NCBI GenBank assembly: GCA_951406725.2
Contig: OX597818.1
Coordinates: 8,432,001 to 8,496,000, forward strand
Length of the DNA stretch: 64,000 nucleotides
Origin: Octopus vulgaris
Lineage: Eukaryota
Reading direction: 5' to 3'
Shown: positions 1 to 12,529 of the stretch, piece after piece
How positions within the stretch are numbered: position 1 is the stretch's first letter
Layout of the letters: every line of letters starts with the position of its first letter
Program-made: the position numbers and the translations under genes
Notes under the pieces: model-generated
Databases searched by the model: none
Seen by the model: the letters and a program-made list of their open reading frames with translations, nothing else
What the model was told of the DNA's origin: nothing

Positions 1-1560
1 AGTAGGTAAAAGTATAGTTAAGTGACCACAGTTTTATCCAGACAGCTACAGTGACCACAAGATGGTTAACTGTAAGTTGAACTTAGATAAGGTACATAGA
101 TAGGGAGGTAACTGAGGTTATAGCGGACTGTGGCGTGGGTAAGTCGCCGGGGATGGATGGTCTGCCCTACAAGCTATATAAGTGTATGCCAGAGATCTTC
201 GGGCACCTGCTGGCCAGCGCGTACATGAACTGGCAACAGAATGGATTTATTCCCAAACCTGTGCGCCGGGGAGAGGTGACGCTGGTCAGAAAGGACCCGG
301 ACAAGGGGATGAGTATGGATAATTTCTGGCGCATCATGCTGTTAAATACAAAAGTGAAGATTTTGGCGTAGGTGTTAGCAAAATGGTTGGCGCGTGTCCC
401 GGATGGTCTGATCGGGGGGCATAGATATGTGCCATCCACGGCAGAAGCACCCAGGATAACCTCCGCCTTCTCCGCTACACCTTAGAGAGGATTCAGTATA
501 AAATTGACAGAGTTGGGTCATTGGTACATTTAGACCAAACAAAAGCTTTTGATAGGGTTGACTATCATTACTTGGTGATTGTTCTTGCGCAGTTTGACCC
601 AGGTCTTGGCTTCCTCAGGTGGATAATTGAATTTTATGATAACATTTACTCGATCGTTCGCGTGAACATTTTTTTTTTATCAAGACCGCACGGTATCAAA
701 CGCTCGGTTCGCCAAGGGTGCCTGCTCTCATCACTTTTTGCCCTCCAGCCGTTGCTGCGAAGGTTGAGTGGTATCCGGAAAGAACCAGGATGTGGCGAGT
801 TTGTTTCAGCCTATGCAGATAACATTACCATCAGCGTGACCAATATAGAGCACATACAAGAGGTAGGCAAGTCTATTGAAGTTTACAAAACGGTGGCAGG
901 AGCAAATATTAACAGAGAAAAGTCGGTTGGCTTGCCTTCAGACAGCGTCGTAGTACTTTGGACGGATGGACCAGTTAAGTTGCTAGGGTGTCTGGTTTCA
1001 TCCGGATATCCAGATAGAGAACTGGGCTCAGGTTTCGAGCAGAGTGACCTGCTTAGTCAAGACCTAGTCTTGGCGGTGGCTATCCCTGAAAGGGATGGTG
1101 GAGGTGGCTAATGTGTTTGTCGCTTAGGTCATTACCTACCGCCTAAACGTCGTTCTTTGCCCGGATCGTGGTTGACCTAGCTGGAAAGGCAGCTCTTTCA
1201 TTTTTTGTGGAGGGGCTTAAGCCACTTGAAAGACGCTCTATTTGTTGTCAAAGGCCGTTAAAGGGAGGACTGAGGATGCCTTGGCTGCTGGTGCACAAAC
1301 ATCTGCTGAGGTTTCAGCATCTCTGGATACTCCTGGGTGGTAAACGGGTGTGTCTCCGCTGGCGAAACAAATGTTTCCCTCGTTCGCTAGCTTTCGTAGA
1401 TCAAGGTTGAGTGAGTGGCATACGGAGTGTCGTACGGCCCTCTTGCTGTTCTGCCGCTCGGGTAATCCCGCCAGCGGTGGGGATTCTACAGCATTTTTCT
1501 ATAGAGTGTTGGTAGAGGCTGAGTGTGACAATGTCCTGGGTGAAACTTTGGGTCTTAGGT
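1..1560 (+). mobile_element. Degenerate L1/Tx1-clade non-LTR retrotransposon (end of APE endonuclease plus RT), with stops and frameshifts
   Basis: SDH endonuclease motif at 50-58 is followed almost directly by GKSPGMDGLP (138), implying an internal deletion. RT motifs LDQTKAFDRVD, VRQGC and YADN (YADD-derived) lie in ORF 521-1111. Confidence 0.85.
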
Positions 1561-2432
1561 ATATTCAAGTTTCGTACGTATTTATTCATATATCTATTAA
1601 TACAATATTATTTTGGATGTATATCCTCTGTGATGATTTTTTAATGAAATATTCATGCTATATATATATATAGTTATATATATATATAATTGCTCTTACT
1701 GAACGTTTCAATACCTTTAATGTTTTAGACATTTCCCTACCAAGAGCATTTATTAGAAATTCAGTATATTGTATTCTCATTGAATATATTTGATTAACGA
1801 TTATATATGAATAACGAGTCGAATATAATATTTCTCTCTGCTCTATATTTAAAAAAAGGCTGTATGGCGATGAACAGAGTGCGCACGATAATATATATGA
1901 AAAATCATATAATCAAGGATAACACTGAAGTTATCAACAAATGCAACTGCAAATAACAAATAAATCGCTACTATACGAAGGATGACGTTGTTGGGAGCAT
2001 ATATCTTTTATACATCCCTAAATGATAAGTTCTAACAGGCATAATATAATTTCTTTCGAATTCCCTGGGAAACAAATTTCGATACATCCATTGCACCACA
2101 TCGAATTTATTCTTAGTAAATTAAATATGAAACAAAATCTTCGAAACGACACCTACACGAGAGAGGTCAATCGCTTTAGTATTTGAAAACGCAGTGAACA
2201 TTAAAGCTTGTAAATATCTAGAAAGTGAAGAAAGAAAATGATTGTTCCTCAACTAATATTATATGTAATATTGAATTCAGTCTAGTAATATTAATAGTTT
2301 ACCTCCACGTCGGGTAGTTTCCTTAGTTGCATCTGTTATTGAATTAGTATGAAACACTAAATGCATTATTGAGTTTCTGCCCATACTTACTTAAATAATT
2401 GAATGATAATTGACATTCAATAACCTGTGTTA

Positions 2433-4905
2433 TCTCTCTATATAAAAAAGGCAGTTTGTCTGTCTGTGTATTTATCTGTCTGTCTGTGTGTCTGTCAGGT
2501 TGTACCCTCATCCTGACCACGGCTTACAACCGATTCTGATGAAACTTTACACACATATAGCCCAATGACATAATTCAAAACTAATGCAGCGAAAAGTTTG
2601 AAAATTCCCCGCAGTTCTGAAAAAAATCGATAAATTCAACATGGGGTTAAGAATCTAAGCTTATCATATGCAACACATTTTCTGTTGTAGTTTTCGCAAC
2701 TTGCAATCGATTTTCTCCAAACTAATGGTGAAGCTTAATGTTACCCTAAGGAACTTAATTCTGACGTTAGTTTTTCATGCAATACCTTACCATCAGAAAA
2801 AATCGATAAAATCATGCCGTTTTGGGAAATCGCGTTCAAATTCAAGATGACATATTTTCGACAATATCTTTAACAAATTGGCAGGAATGTTTTTTTGAAA
2901 TTCACAGCGAGCATCATGTCTGCTCCAAAGACCTATATGGCCCTTTTGATTCCAATAGGATACTTTATTACTGGAAAAAATCAGTTTATTACATCATATG
3001 TGGCACACATAGCAAACCGATTTTTCTGCGATATTTTTTGAAAGTTCACATAGATGTTCCCTACACCGATGTTGGACATCAAGTTTGCATTAAATATCAA
3101 CCTAACGACCTTTTGTCAATGCAATTAACAAGTATTGGGAGAAATCGACAAAACTATATCACTTTGAGACCGCCCATGCGAAACCTACAATACTGACTTT
3201 TATTAAATAGTTGGCGGATTTCAGGTGATTTAGTTGATTTTTGCCGCTTTGCTCATAAAGGTTACTAGAAATAACATATGTTTTCCTCTTGCTTCAAATC
3301 CGAGTAATGTTGGGCTGTAGATGCGTTTGCGGTTGTGTGCGCACGTTCGCGCGTGTCCTTGACACGATGATTGCAGCTCTTCCCATTGGCTCCCCAAACG
3401 GTGAACAATGCTCTCAATTTGACCAATCACATGCACTGACACACTCAGTTGTGCGCGTATAGTTTGTGACTCCCACTTCTTCTCTCGGTTCACACCCGCT
3501 CGCTTCACACGTTGGTCTACTTCTGCTAATCGCTGCTGCAGCCGCAAGTTATTCGAATACTTGTTTCGTTTAAACTTTCTTTATAACTACTACCCCAAAC
3601 GTTTTACCTTAAATTTTTGACGTACCCTAAGGGTCCTCGGACGCAACTTGCAAACTCTTGGTTTAATATAAGCTGCTTTTGTCGTGTGCACCAAAAAACC
3701 TTTTCCATTCGTTTGTTCAGTTTGGTCACTTTTCGCTTTTTTGTTGTTGTCACTCACAGTGCTGCCCGCTTTTTTTCCGTTTTTGTACATTTTTATACAT
3801 TTCGGGATACTTACCCCACGTGTTCCTTTTTATTACACCTTTGCCAAACACATTGCTATCCACTAAAATGCCACCCAAGAAGAGAAGGACCCTCCTCAGC
3901 CCTCGGACGGCCAAGGCATTGGCTGCTAGGGCTAGAAGGGCTCGCGAGACCCACGAGGAAGCCGCCTTGCGCCTCTCGCAAAAAGCTTCCAGTTCAACCG
4001 TCAACTCCATCAATACCCAGCTACGTGAAGCTATTCCTGGTGATGTCCAGGTCTACAAATCTATAGATAAGACAGCAGACCCCACCGAGCTTGCCGATTA
4101 TCCCTTTGAATTCCTGAATTCACTTGAACCGCCAGGCCTGCTGCCACACATCCTGAAGTTAAAAGTTGGTGCGCCCATTATGCTCCTCAAGAATTTGGTT
4201 CCACCTAAACGGTGCTACGGCACACGTCTGGTTGTGAAACATTTGGCACCACATTTAATAACAGCCACAATACTTACCGGTTGTGGGAAGGGAGAGGACG
4301 TCTTCATTCCAAGCATGCACCTTCAACCGTCGGGCGCTGACATACCAATCCACTTCAGGCGTTCTCAGTTTCCTGTTAAACTCTGCTTCGCAATGTTCAT
4401 CAATAAATCCCAAGGCCAAAAGCTACAAGTCGCTGGGTTACATTTGGGCGAACAGTGCTTCGCCCACGGTCAACTCTACGTGGACTGTTCACGCGTTGGG
4501 AGGCGCAATGATGTTTTCATGTTTTCGCCCGAAGGGACAGCTAGGAACCTCGTATACACAGAAGTATAGGAGTGAAGAGAAGACGTTGCAACCTACACGT
4601 GCGCCTTCGTTCCCTAGAGGGAAAGGACTAGATCGGGATTAGTTGTTGCCTACTAGAGGCTCCTGAGGCCCCTTTCGCTAGACTTAAGTTAGGATCAGGT
4701 AGGGCTTAGCTGTGGTCCAAACCCAACTTGGGTTCGGGGGGCGGTGTCAAAAGGGCCGGCATATGCAACATTATCACCTCTGCCTGTCAAACTTCATTTT
4801 ACAAAATAACGGTTAAATGAGTACAATAAAGAGTAAAAAGGTAAAGGGCAGTGCTTATCGACAAAGTTTCTTTCATACCCGGGCAACGCCGGATTATGCT
4901 GCTTG
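2433..4905 (+). mobile_element. Internally deleted Helitron with both termini
   Basis: Starts A|TC at 2432-2434 followed by a (TGTC)n subterminal tract. 3' GC-rich hairpin cccgggcaacgccgg (4878-4892), then CTTG|T (CTRR variant). Contains a PIF1 helicase C-terminus. Confidence 0.8.
3868..4569 (+). CDS. Truncated Helitron RepHel: basic N-terminus fused in frame to the PIF1 helicase C-terminal region (233 aa)
   Basis: ATG 3868 MPPKKRR...; helicase segments EFLNSLEPPGLLPHILKLKVGAPIMLL, QFPVKLCFAMFINKSQGQ, FAHGQLYVDCSRV; stop at 4567-4569. Confidence 0.75.
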   Translation: MPPKKRRTLLSPRTAKALAARARRARETHEEAALRLSQKASSSTVNSINTQLREAIPGDVQVYKSIDKTADPTELADYPFEFLNSLEPPGLLPHILKLKVGAPIMLLKNLVPPKRCYGTRLVVKHLAPHLITATILTGCGKGEDVFIPSMHLQPSGADIPIHFRRSQFPVKLCFAMFINKSQGQKLQVAGLHLGEQCFAHGQLYVDCSRVGRRNDVFMFSPEGTARNLVYTEV

Positions 4906-5676
4906 TTGTTAAATATTTTTACAATGTTCATTCCATTGATTACGATAAATATAGCAACATTTATCCATTTTTTTTTATCCAGGAAAGACCGGTGAGTAGT
5001 CATTTCTTTATTCTTCAACGTATAATAACATTCATACATACTCATATACCCTAGTGACATTTTGCTTTCTGATACGATGTCCATCTCTTGTTCAGTATTT
5101 ACCGTGAAGACTGTCCCTATTTCCCAAGCTTATCAGATCGAGTTACAAGAGCTGCCTTTCGAATGTACTGAATAATTTACAAGTTGTTCGTTATTTGATA
5201 ATATTCTACATTTTCTCTTTGCTTTTTCCATGCCACATAATACTTTATATTATTATTTCGAATCCATCCCACAACCTCCATTATTATGATGACATTACTG
5301 TGACTTCTCTATAAATAACTAATATATTCTTTTTTATATATATTGTGAGTTTTGCTGAACCTACCGAAAAGTTTGCATCACTATATAAAAAATCAAATAT
5401 TATTGCGTGGGAAAAAACTATACATCTCTTCAGTACTCCCAATACAGACTGGTAATATGAGCCTTAACTTTGTCATTGATAATTCCATACGCTTATATAA
5501 TTTATCCATCCTTACAAGTGATGATGGAAATAATTGTCCTCCTTGAACATGCTAATAAATAGAAAGTGCGCTTGTATATATAGAAAAATATATGTGTGTA
5601 TGTATGTATGTACGTATATCCATTTTCCTTGTACATCGATGAATTTTGTTTCTGTGTGTATAGATATATATGATTT

Positions 5677-6400
5677 TTGTCAATGTGGCAAGTAGAAACC
5701 TCGGCCCCCACCAAATCGAAAGGCAGCTTGAATACCGAGTTCGACGTCCTGCCTCCCAGCAATAACGTAGCAGCAGTTCCCAAGGAGGCAACGGCTCGTG
5801 CAATTTCTTTCTCCCGACGAATTTTAGCAAGTATTAATTGTGTTATAAAGGACTTCCGGTACCTCGAGGAACATCGAGAAAAAATGTCGCCCACCTGTTT
5901 TTCAATGACACTGACGACAGTTTCGTACGCCAGCCTCTAATCAGGGTGCAATGTCGATTCATTTACTCTCAGGTACTCCGCAAGTCCATCAGCGGCATAC
6001 GACAATTCCAGAAGTAACTTTGGTGCGAGTGAGTCCACGTCCTGTCGCAATGAGGATGGCAAACCGAATGTGTTCAACGCCGCCCCACCTATTTTGAGCA
6101 GGGCATCCTCGATTTCAATCAACGCGTTATTGTAGATCAGGTCTTTGTATCCAACGTCAGCATTAGGGCACCGTTTCTTTGCCATCCACAGGAAATACTT
6201 GGACATGGAGTCGATGTAATTCACCCACAAAGAAGCTGGATCGGAGAACACACATGTTTGGAGCAAAATAACGAAGACTTGCCGTTGGCTTTTAGGTGAG
6301 TTTAGCAAAGCCCCTTCAGCCAAAGTTGGACCCATTTAAGTTACGCCAAAAAGCCTCATTGCTGTTGATGTACCGCCCCGATAGGTACTCAGAAGCCTCA
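5677..6400 (-). pseudogene. Helitron helicase fragment (pre-helicase region, degenerate Walker A, motif Ia)
   Basis: QVFVILLQTC...PASLW; frameshifted FLDVPRGTG (GTGK Walker A); AVASLGTAATLLLGGRTSNSVFKLP. Confidence 0.85.
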
Positions 6401-9261
6401 TACTTCCACTGGCACTTACAAGGCCAAATATGGACCATGAATCATGTTCATGCGGACGATGTCATATACTTCATCTAGGGTCGTAACGAATGTCGTCCTA
6501 AAATTGGAGCGACATGCGTGCAAATTTTTAATAATTGATACTCTATTATTGTTATCTACAAAACTATATGGTAGAAAGTGACATTCTATTTTCATAATGT
6601 TTTATTTTGTTATTGAAACAGGAAAAATTGAGCCAGCCATTTTAGATACCTACCAGAAGCAAAGTGCCCAATAAGAGCAGAAATATTGAACTTGTGATAC
6701 TGTGAAAGTAAAGGCGAGTAAACTATTGATTGTATGTTTTCACAGTTAGTGAACCTAAACGCTACAAAAATGGAACGCCACCTCGTCAGGAACAGGAAAG
6801 GTGCACATATATCAGTAAAACTCATAAGAATTTGATACGTTTTGATGACGTACAATATTGAGAGTGGAGGTCACACTTCTACTCGGGTCAATGTTAGGAC
6901 ATACTTCACGCCCGTTTTAAAATCAAAAGCTCAGATTTTTCTATTCTTTTCGGCAAACCCATTTATTTCAATTTTGATATGTTTATGATTATCATATAGT
7001 AAGTATGAGAGTAATACCTTACTATTCAACCTTACAAATGACAGTTAAATGTGAATATTTGTGAGGTTAAATGAAAATGTAATGTCATTGCATTGTATGG
7101 CTGACAAGTTATCAAGTCAGAGAACAGAATATTTCTATGTATAATGAAGAACATTTCCTAATATATAAAAGGATTTGTTACAGATATATAAGCATTCATA
7201 TGCACACGAACGTATAAATATGTATTTATGCGCGTATGTATGTATACATATATGCATACATACACACACTCATATATATATATATATACATATATATATA
7301 TTCATACATATTCGTACATATTCATATATACATATATTTATACACACATTTATGTATACATATATATACATATGTGTGTGTATGCATGTATTTATATTTG
7401 TCAGTGTGTAAGTGTGTAAGAAGTGTATAGGTGTGCACTTGTATGTGTAAATTTTGGTATAATTACTCGCATTCAAATATATTCATATGAAAAACTACAT
7501 GCACATATGCATGCTTATTCAAATATGTTAAATATATAGCTATATGCATTCCAACACAAATATAATTAATGTGTATACCCTTACCTCCTCTCAGAATCAC
7601 ACGCACACACGATCGCGCGCTCATTCCGTACACAACACCCACATACGCAGTGACTTCAAAATGCTAGTATTCTACTTAACTGTAGAATAAAACCTGCTGT
7701 CATATTGTATTTTGGAATTCAATTTTCAGAAGCAAAGAACTTCATGAATAATTGGGGATTTGATTTGACAGAATTCCCTGAATCAAGTAAATCTTGTATA
7801 GATCTCTATTGATTTATTAGAGATTACATTACCAAATTATCTTGGAGAAATGCTATATTTCAATGGTGTAGTAGATTCCCTGCAAGAATACAATGGCTCC
7901 CAATTCTTTAAATGATCTACATTGACAAATGGAATTTTCTAGCAGTTGCATCGATACGATATTATTAAAGATGAAATTCTTATTTAAAGCATGTGATAGC
8001 TGCTTTTAAATGTCTTTAGAATAGGAACGATGAATTTATCATGATCGTTTTTATGTTTTTTTATTCTATTTTATTGAACTGCAAGTAATTCCATAGATTC
8101 TAAGCGAATACACTGCTATTTTATAGTAGAATAATTTAGGTAGCTAAAAATTATATGCCATTTTATTTTAATAGTAATTCTGTAAATTCTAACAGACGTG
8201 AATCTCATTTATTATCTATATGTTGCCACGCCGTCTATATTTTTATGGTATAAATGAATCGGGTTTAAGCAAAAGCTTTAGCAAATAATCTATTGTTGTC
8301 TTTTGTTTCCTTCTAGAACATTTGAAAGTCATGTTATTTGTAGGTTCTGAAGATGACCTAGGAAATCTCAAATCATATTGATCCACATCAAGATAGACTA
8401 CTTGTCTATTGTTTTGATTTCCAATCATGAAACAAACAGAAATATGCACAAAAAATTATTTTTAGTAAATGGAACCCGTCCTTTATTTTATCATAGAATG
8501 TTAAATCTCAATAAAACTGTGCATTTAACCACTTTTAAAAGCACGCACTTGGAGAGATATGATTATTGATTAAATAAATCTAACAGATTTGAGTAAATAC
8601 TAACCAGTGAATTATTATTTTTCATGTTGTAGAATGCACAACCCGTTCTGATCAAATCGTTGTTGTGACAACCTCCTCTTTTATTTGAATGTTGATCATT
8701 TTTAATAATGTTAACAATTGTACTACATATCTTTGAATTTACTGGAGTCTTATTTGAGGGAAATTGCCTGCTATATTTAGGAGATCTTATTACTATATAA
8801 TGGTTAGCTTATTCGCTCCTCTTCTAAGGTGAATGCTCCGAAGGACATCATTTATTTACATCAGAATGAGGATTCATTGAAATGTGAAAGCAAGTGGCCT
8901 TCACATAGATTTCAGTGTTACATCTAAGTGTTACTACATAGGAGCGCAAACATCGATGTGAGGTAACAAGCTTGCTTCTTGAATCAGTTCTTGTATCATC
9001 AGTCTCCATATGTCGAGGAACGGTCACGCTACTGTGACGAGTAATTTAGACTCACTGTACAAGTGTAGTAACAGTAAACAAGACAAGGATGCAGCTGTAA
9101 TAACAACGTAACGATCCAACAATCGCTTCACGAAACAAGAATCAATATTTAAAACGAAATAGCCAACCTTCACCTTTCGACATCACTGCTAATTCTACTC
9201 GAATAAACACACAAACTTCTCTCCAATAAATGAAATAAGTAAAATATAAAAGATTGACTTC

Positions 9262-9315
<54 letters not shown>

Positions 9316-9319
<4 letters not shown>

Positions 9320-9521
9320 CCAAACATGAAAACACAAAGAGAATACACAACAACGCGAGGACGTGGAACAAATATAGTATTACTGGACGCTCAGGAAGGA
9401 AGGGATGAAGGAGGGTTTACGTTTCGAGCGGAGCTCTTCGTCAGAAACGTAGGAAAAGGAAAGATCCAGAGAAGGGAAGACGGAGGAAAAAAATCGCCAA
9501 CGGAACACACGCGGTCACATT

Positions 9522-9525
<4 letters not shown>
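9316..9525 (-). mobile_element. Short PLE-like non-autonomous repeat between (TA)n tracts, containing an HHR core
   Basis: Minus strand 9415-9448: gttt CTGACGA A GAGC tcc GCTC GAAAC GTA aac. Confidence 0.6.
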
Positions 9526-9567
<42 letters not shown>

Positions 9568-10418
9568 GTGTGTGTGTGTGTGTATGTGTGTGTGTGTTTG
9601 TATATGCATATATATGTGTGTGTGTGTGTGTGTGTGAGTGTGTAAATATAAACACGCACACAGACAAACATTTATAACAACGCCAGGCTAACACCATTGT
9701 TTAGATAGACCAGGCTAACAATATGGTTTAGATAAGTGAAGAAATCCAATTATTCTTATGACGTGGTCCAAAGAGATACTTCATCACAATTTTCTATTGT
9801 AAATTCCAGGTTGGTCTTCTAAAAAAATACTAATCGCTTCATATATTTCAAATATTAGAACGAATTTTGCCTGCATCTGTTTCCACTAGTCATTAAAGGT
9901 ACGTTTCCGATAGGGTTACACCGATAAGATGAGAATAATAGAACTACCTAAAATAATTTATGCTACTATCGTCAGAGCCGTTTATGGTTATAATATAGCA
10001 GAACACTAAAGGAATGTCATGTTCATAGATGAGAGAGGGAAAGCGGGAAAGTGGAAAGTAGAACAGCGACAAAGAGGACGAGGGGTTACAGCGGGAGGAA
10101 GAGAAGGACGGGGTAACTTAATAAATGGCGTAATGGCAGAAATTTGGGAAACGAACAGTTATAACACATTAGTGTTTGGAGTCAGGTGAACACAGGTGGA
10201 TATAAATGCATCGTTTTTAGATTAGATATAGTTTAAATGTGGTGAAATTTGATATGGGCCATTTAAACACATTGTCATGTTAAGACTTAATAGATAGTGA
10301 TTGTTCCTATCAAGCATTGTCGGTCGTTCAATTATTCTGAATTGGTCGATAGACCAATCGAGTAAAAGTAGCAGTAACGTATCTATAATAACTAATGGAA
10401 ACAGCACTTAAACAAATT

Positions 10419-10482
<64 letters not shown>

Positions 10483-10539
10483 CATATATATATATATATA
10501 TATGGATATATATATATATATGTGCGTGTGTATGTAGGT

Positions 10540-10575
<36 letters not shown>

Positions 10576-10592
10576 ATATATATAAATGTCTG

Positions 10593-10629
<37 letters not shown>

Positions 10630-10709
10630 ATATATATAAATGTCTGTATATATATATATATATATATATATACGGAGATGTACTCTGAGATCGCGTTCTG
10701 GAACGAAAA

Positions 10710-10990
10710 CAATTGCAGCGTGGAAGGTGTGTGTAAGCCATTTAAGAAACACACAAAAGCCGTTCGATTCACTTCAACATTTAAGTTTAACTTGTCAAAA
10801 TATGTTTGTCGCTAAAATCCGCGATCTGTTCACTGACAAAAATCCGCGCTGCATCTCTGCGATGCAGTGAACAGGTCGCGGATTTTAGCGACAAAAATAT
10901 TTTGACAAGTTAAACTTAAATGTTGAAGTGAATCGAACGGTTTTTGTGTGTTTCTTAAATGGCTAACAAACACCTTCCACGTTGCAATTG

Positions 10991-10991
<1 letters not shown>
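10710..10991. repeat. Inverted repeat (~125-bp arms, ~30-bp spacer) of a PLE-like unit, flanked by (TA)n
   Basis: acaattgcagcgtggaagg...ttcactg (10710-10835) is the reverse complement of cagtgaac...ccttccacgttgcaattgt (10865-10991). Confidence 0.95.
10792..10839 (-). ncRNA. Degenerate minimal type-I hammerhead, G3-C8 variant
   Basis: ttgtca GTGAACA g atcgc ggatttta gcgac AAAC atatt t tgacaa: 6-bp stem I and stem II present; G12 is replaced by A. Confidence 0.55.
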
Positions 10992-11036
<45 letters not shown>

Positions 11037-11400
11037 AATAATAATAAAAGAGTAAAACTAATTAATTATTAATTAATTTTACCAAGTAGTGTCCAGTATG
11101 TAAAACGACCATTTACGGTATATTTGAAACATTACGTTATGAAAATAGGGTTCAGTAAAATAATTTACTTTACCACACACAGAACGTTTTATAAATAGCA
11201 GCCAGAAATCTTAGCTATTTCTTCTACTTAAGAAAAATCTCCCAGACAATGCATACTCAAAAATAACTCACACAGGTATAGAGGGAAAAATAACGAAAGA
11301 TCACAAGTATATAAGATTACTTGGATTAGTTGAATATAAAGACCAACATGTCCTTCGTCAGCTCAGAGATTTCTCATGGTTTGAATTTGAGTGTTCTCAA

Positions 11401-11603
11401 ATTGAAATTAAAATATTAAAGTTCATTAAAATATTTCACAACAGTACATACTCATACTAAACTATGCATATATACATCAACATACACAGATAGATGTGCA
11501 CAGACTACATCTATCTGTGTTTGTTGATGTATATATGTATAGTTTAGTATGAGTATGTACTGTTGTGAAATAATTTAATGCATTTTAATATTTTAATCTC
11601 AAT
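11401..11603. repeat. Fold-back palindrome, ~97-bp arms, 9-nt loop
   Basis: ...catacacagatagatgt gcacagact acatctatctgtgtttg...; arms are near-perfect reverse complements. Confidence 0.95.
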
Positions 11604-12429
11604 TTCCATGTATTATTTATATTTTCTTTATTAAGGACAATATGTATTTTAACCAAAGTTTCGATGTAAGGTTTTTTTTCTCGACTTTTATAATTTTACA
11701 TATTTTTTATATTTTATATTGAGCTCATTTTTGTTTATCGCTCGAATATGACCGCTATTTGAAAGGACCAATCAAACAAGTCCATTTTTAAAGGTGTAGC
11801 GTTTATACTAGTCTTGATAGAATTGGCATATCGGTTCTATTTAACAAAAACTGTCCGACGAACGGGAATATAAAACTCCGAGTAACAGGTTTTGTTGAAT
11901 TTCTGCTGTTTTTAAATAAAGCATATAACTCTAACCTTGGTAATTGAGTACTTTTCTTTTCCACGTTGTTTCACATTTATGTGTTTACTCCGGTATATAT
12001 ATATATATATATTCATACATGCTAATAGACAGATGTTCATATACATCCGTACTTACATACTCTTTAACTCTTTACCGTTGTGATTCTTGAATTTTCAGAA
12101 CGAAGCTGAGTTATATCATTTCGTGATTTAATGCTTTTCTCTACAAGCAAGCGACCTAATACATAGCTACTTACCTATGAAACTGGCTACCACCAACATA
12201 CCTACCAACCTACCTACCTAATTATATATATACATACATACGTAACTACCTATATATAAATACACACAGAGAAACACACGCACACACACAAACATATATA
12301 CATACATATATATATATATATAATTAAAATCACAATAAGGGTGAAAAAAATTGAAAATTAATTAATAACATCAATTTAAAACACCAAGTGGCCTAGCGTA
12401 AAAAAATTGTGATACAGTAAAAATTATTA

Positions 12430-12476
12430 ATACAAGTAATAAGAGAGAGACCACATGTGGTCTCTCTCTTATTACT

Positions 12477-12481
<5 letters not shown>
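12430..12481. repeat. Perfect 52-bp palindrome abutting (TA)n
   Basis: atacaagtaataagagagagaccaca|tgtggtctctctcttattacttgtat. Confidence 0.97.

Positions 12482-12529
<48 letters not shown>

Noticed and set aside
7690-7968. Protein-like frame KPAVILYFGIQFSEAKNFMNNWGF... with two internal stops
   Set aside because: No recognisable motif or splice support; would need BLASTx.
11850-11895. ccgacga...tccg hammerhead-like segment
   Set aside because: No GAAA core and no clear stem I.
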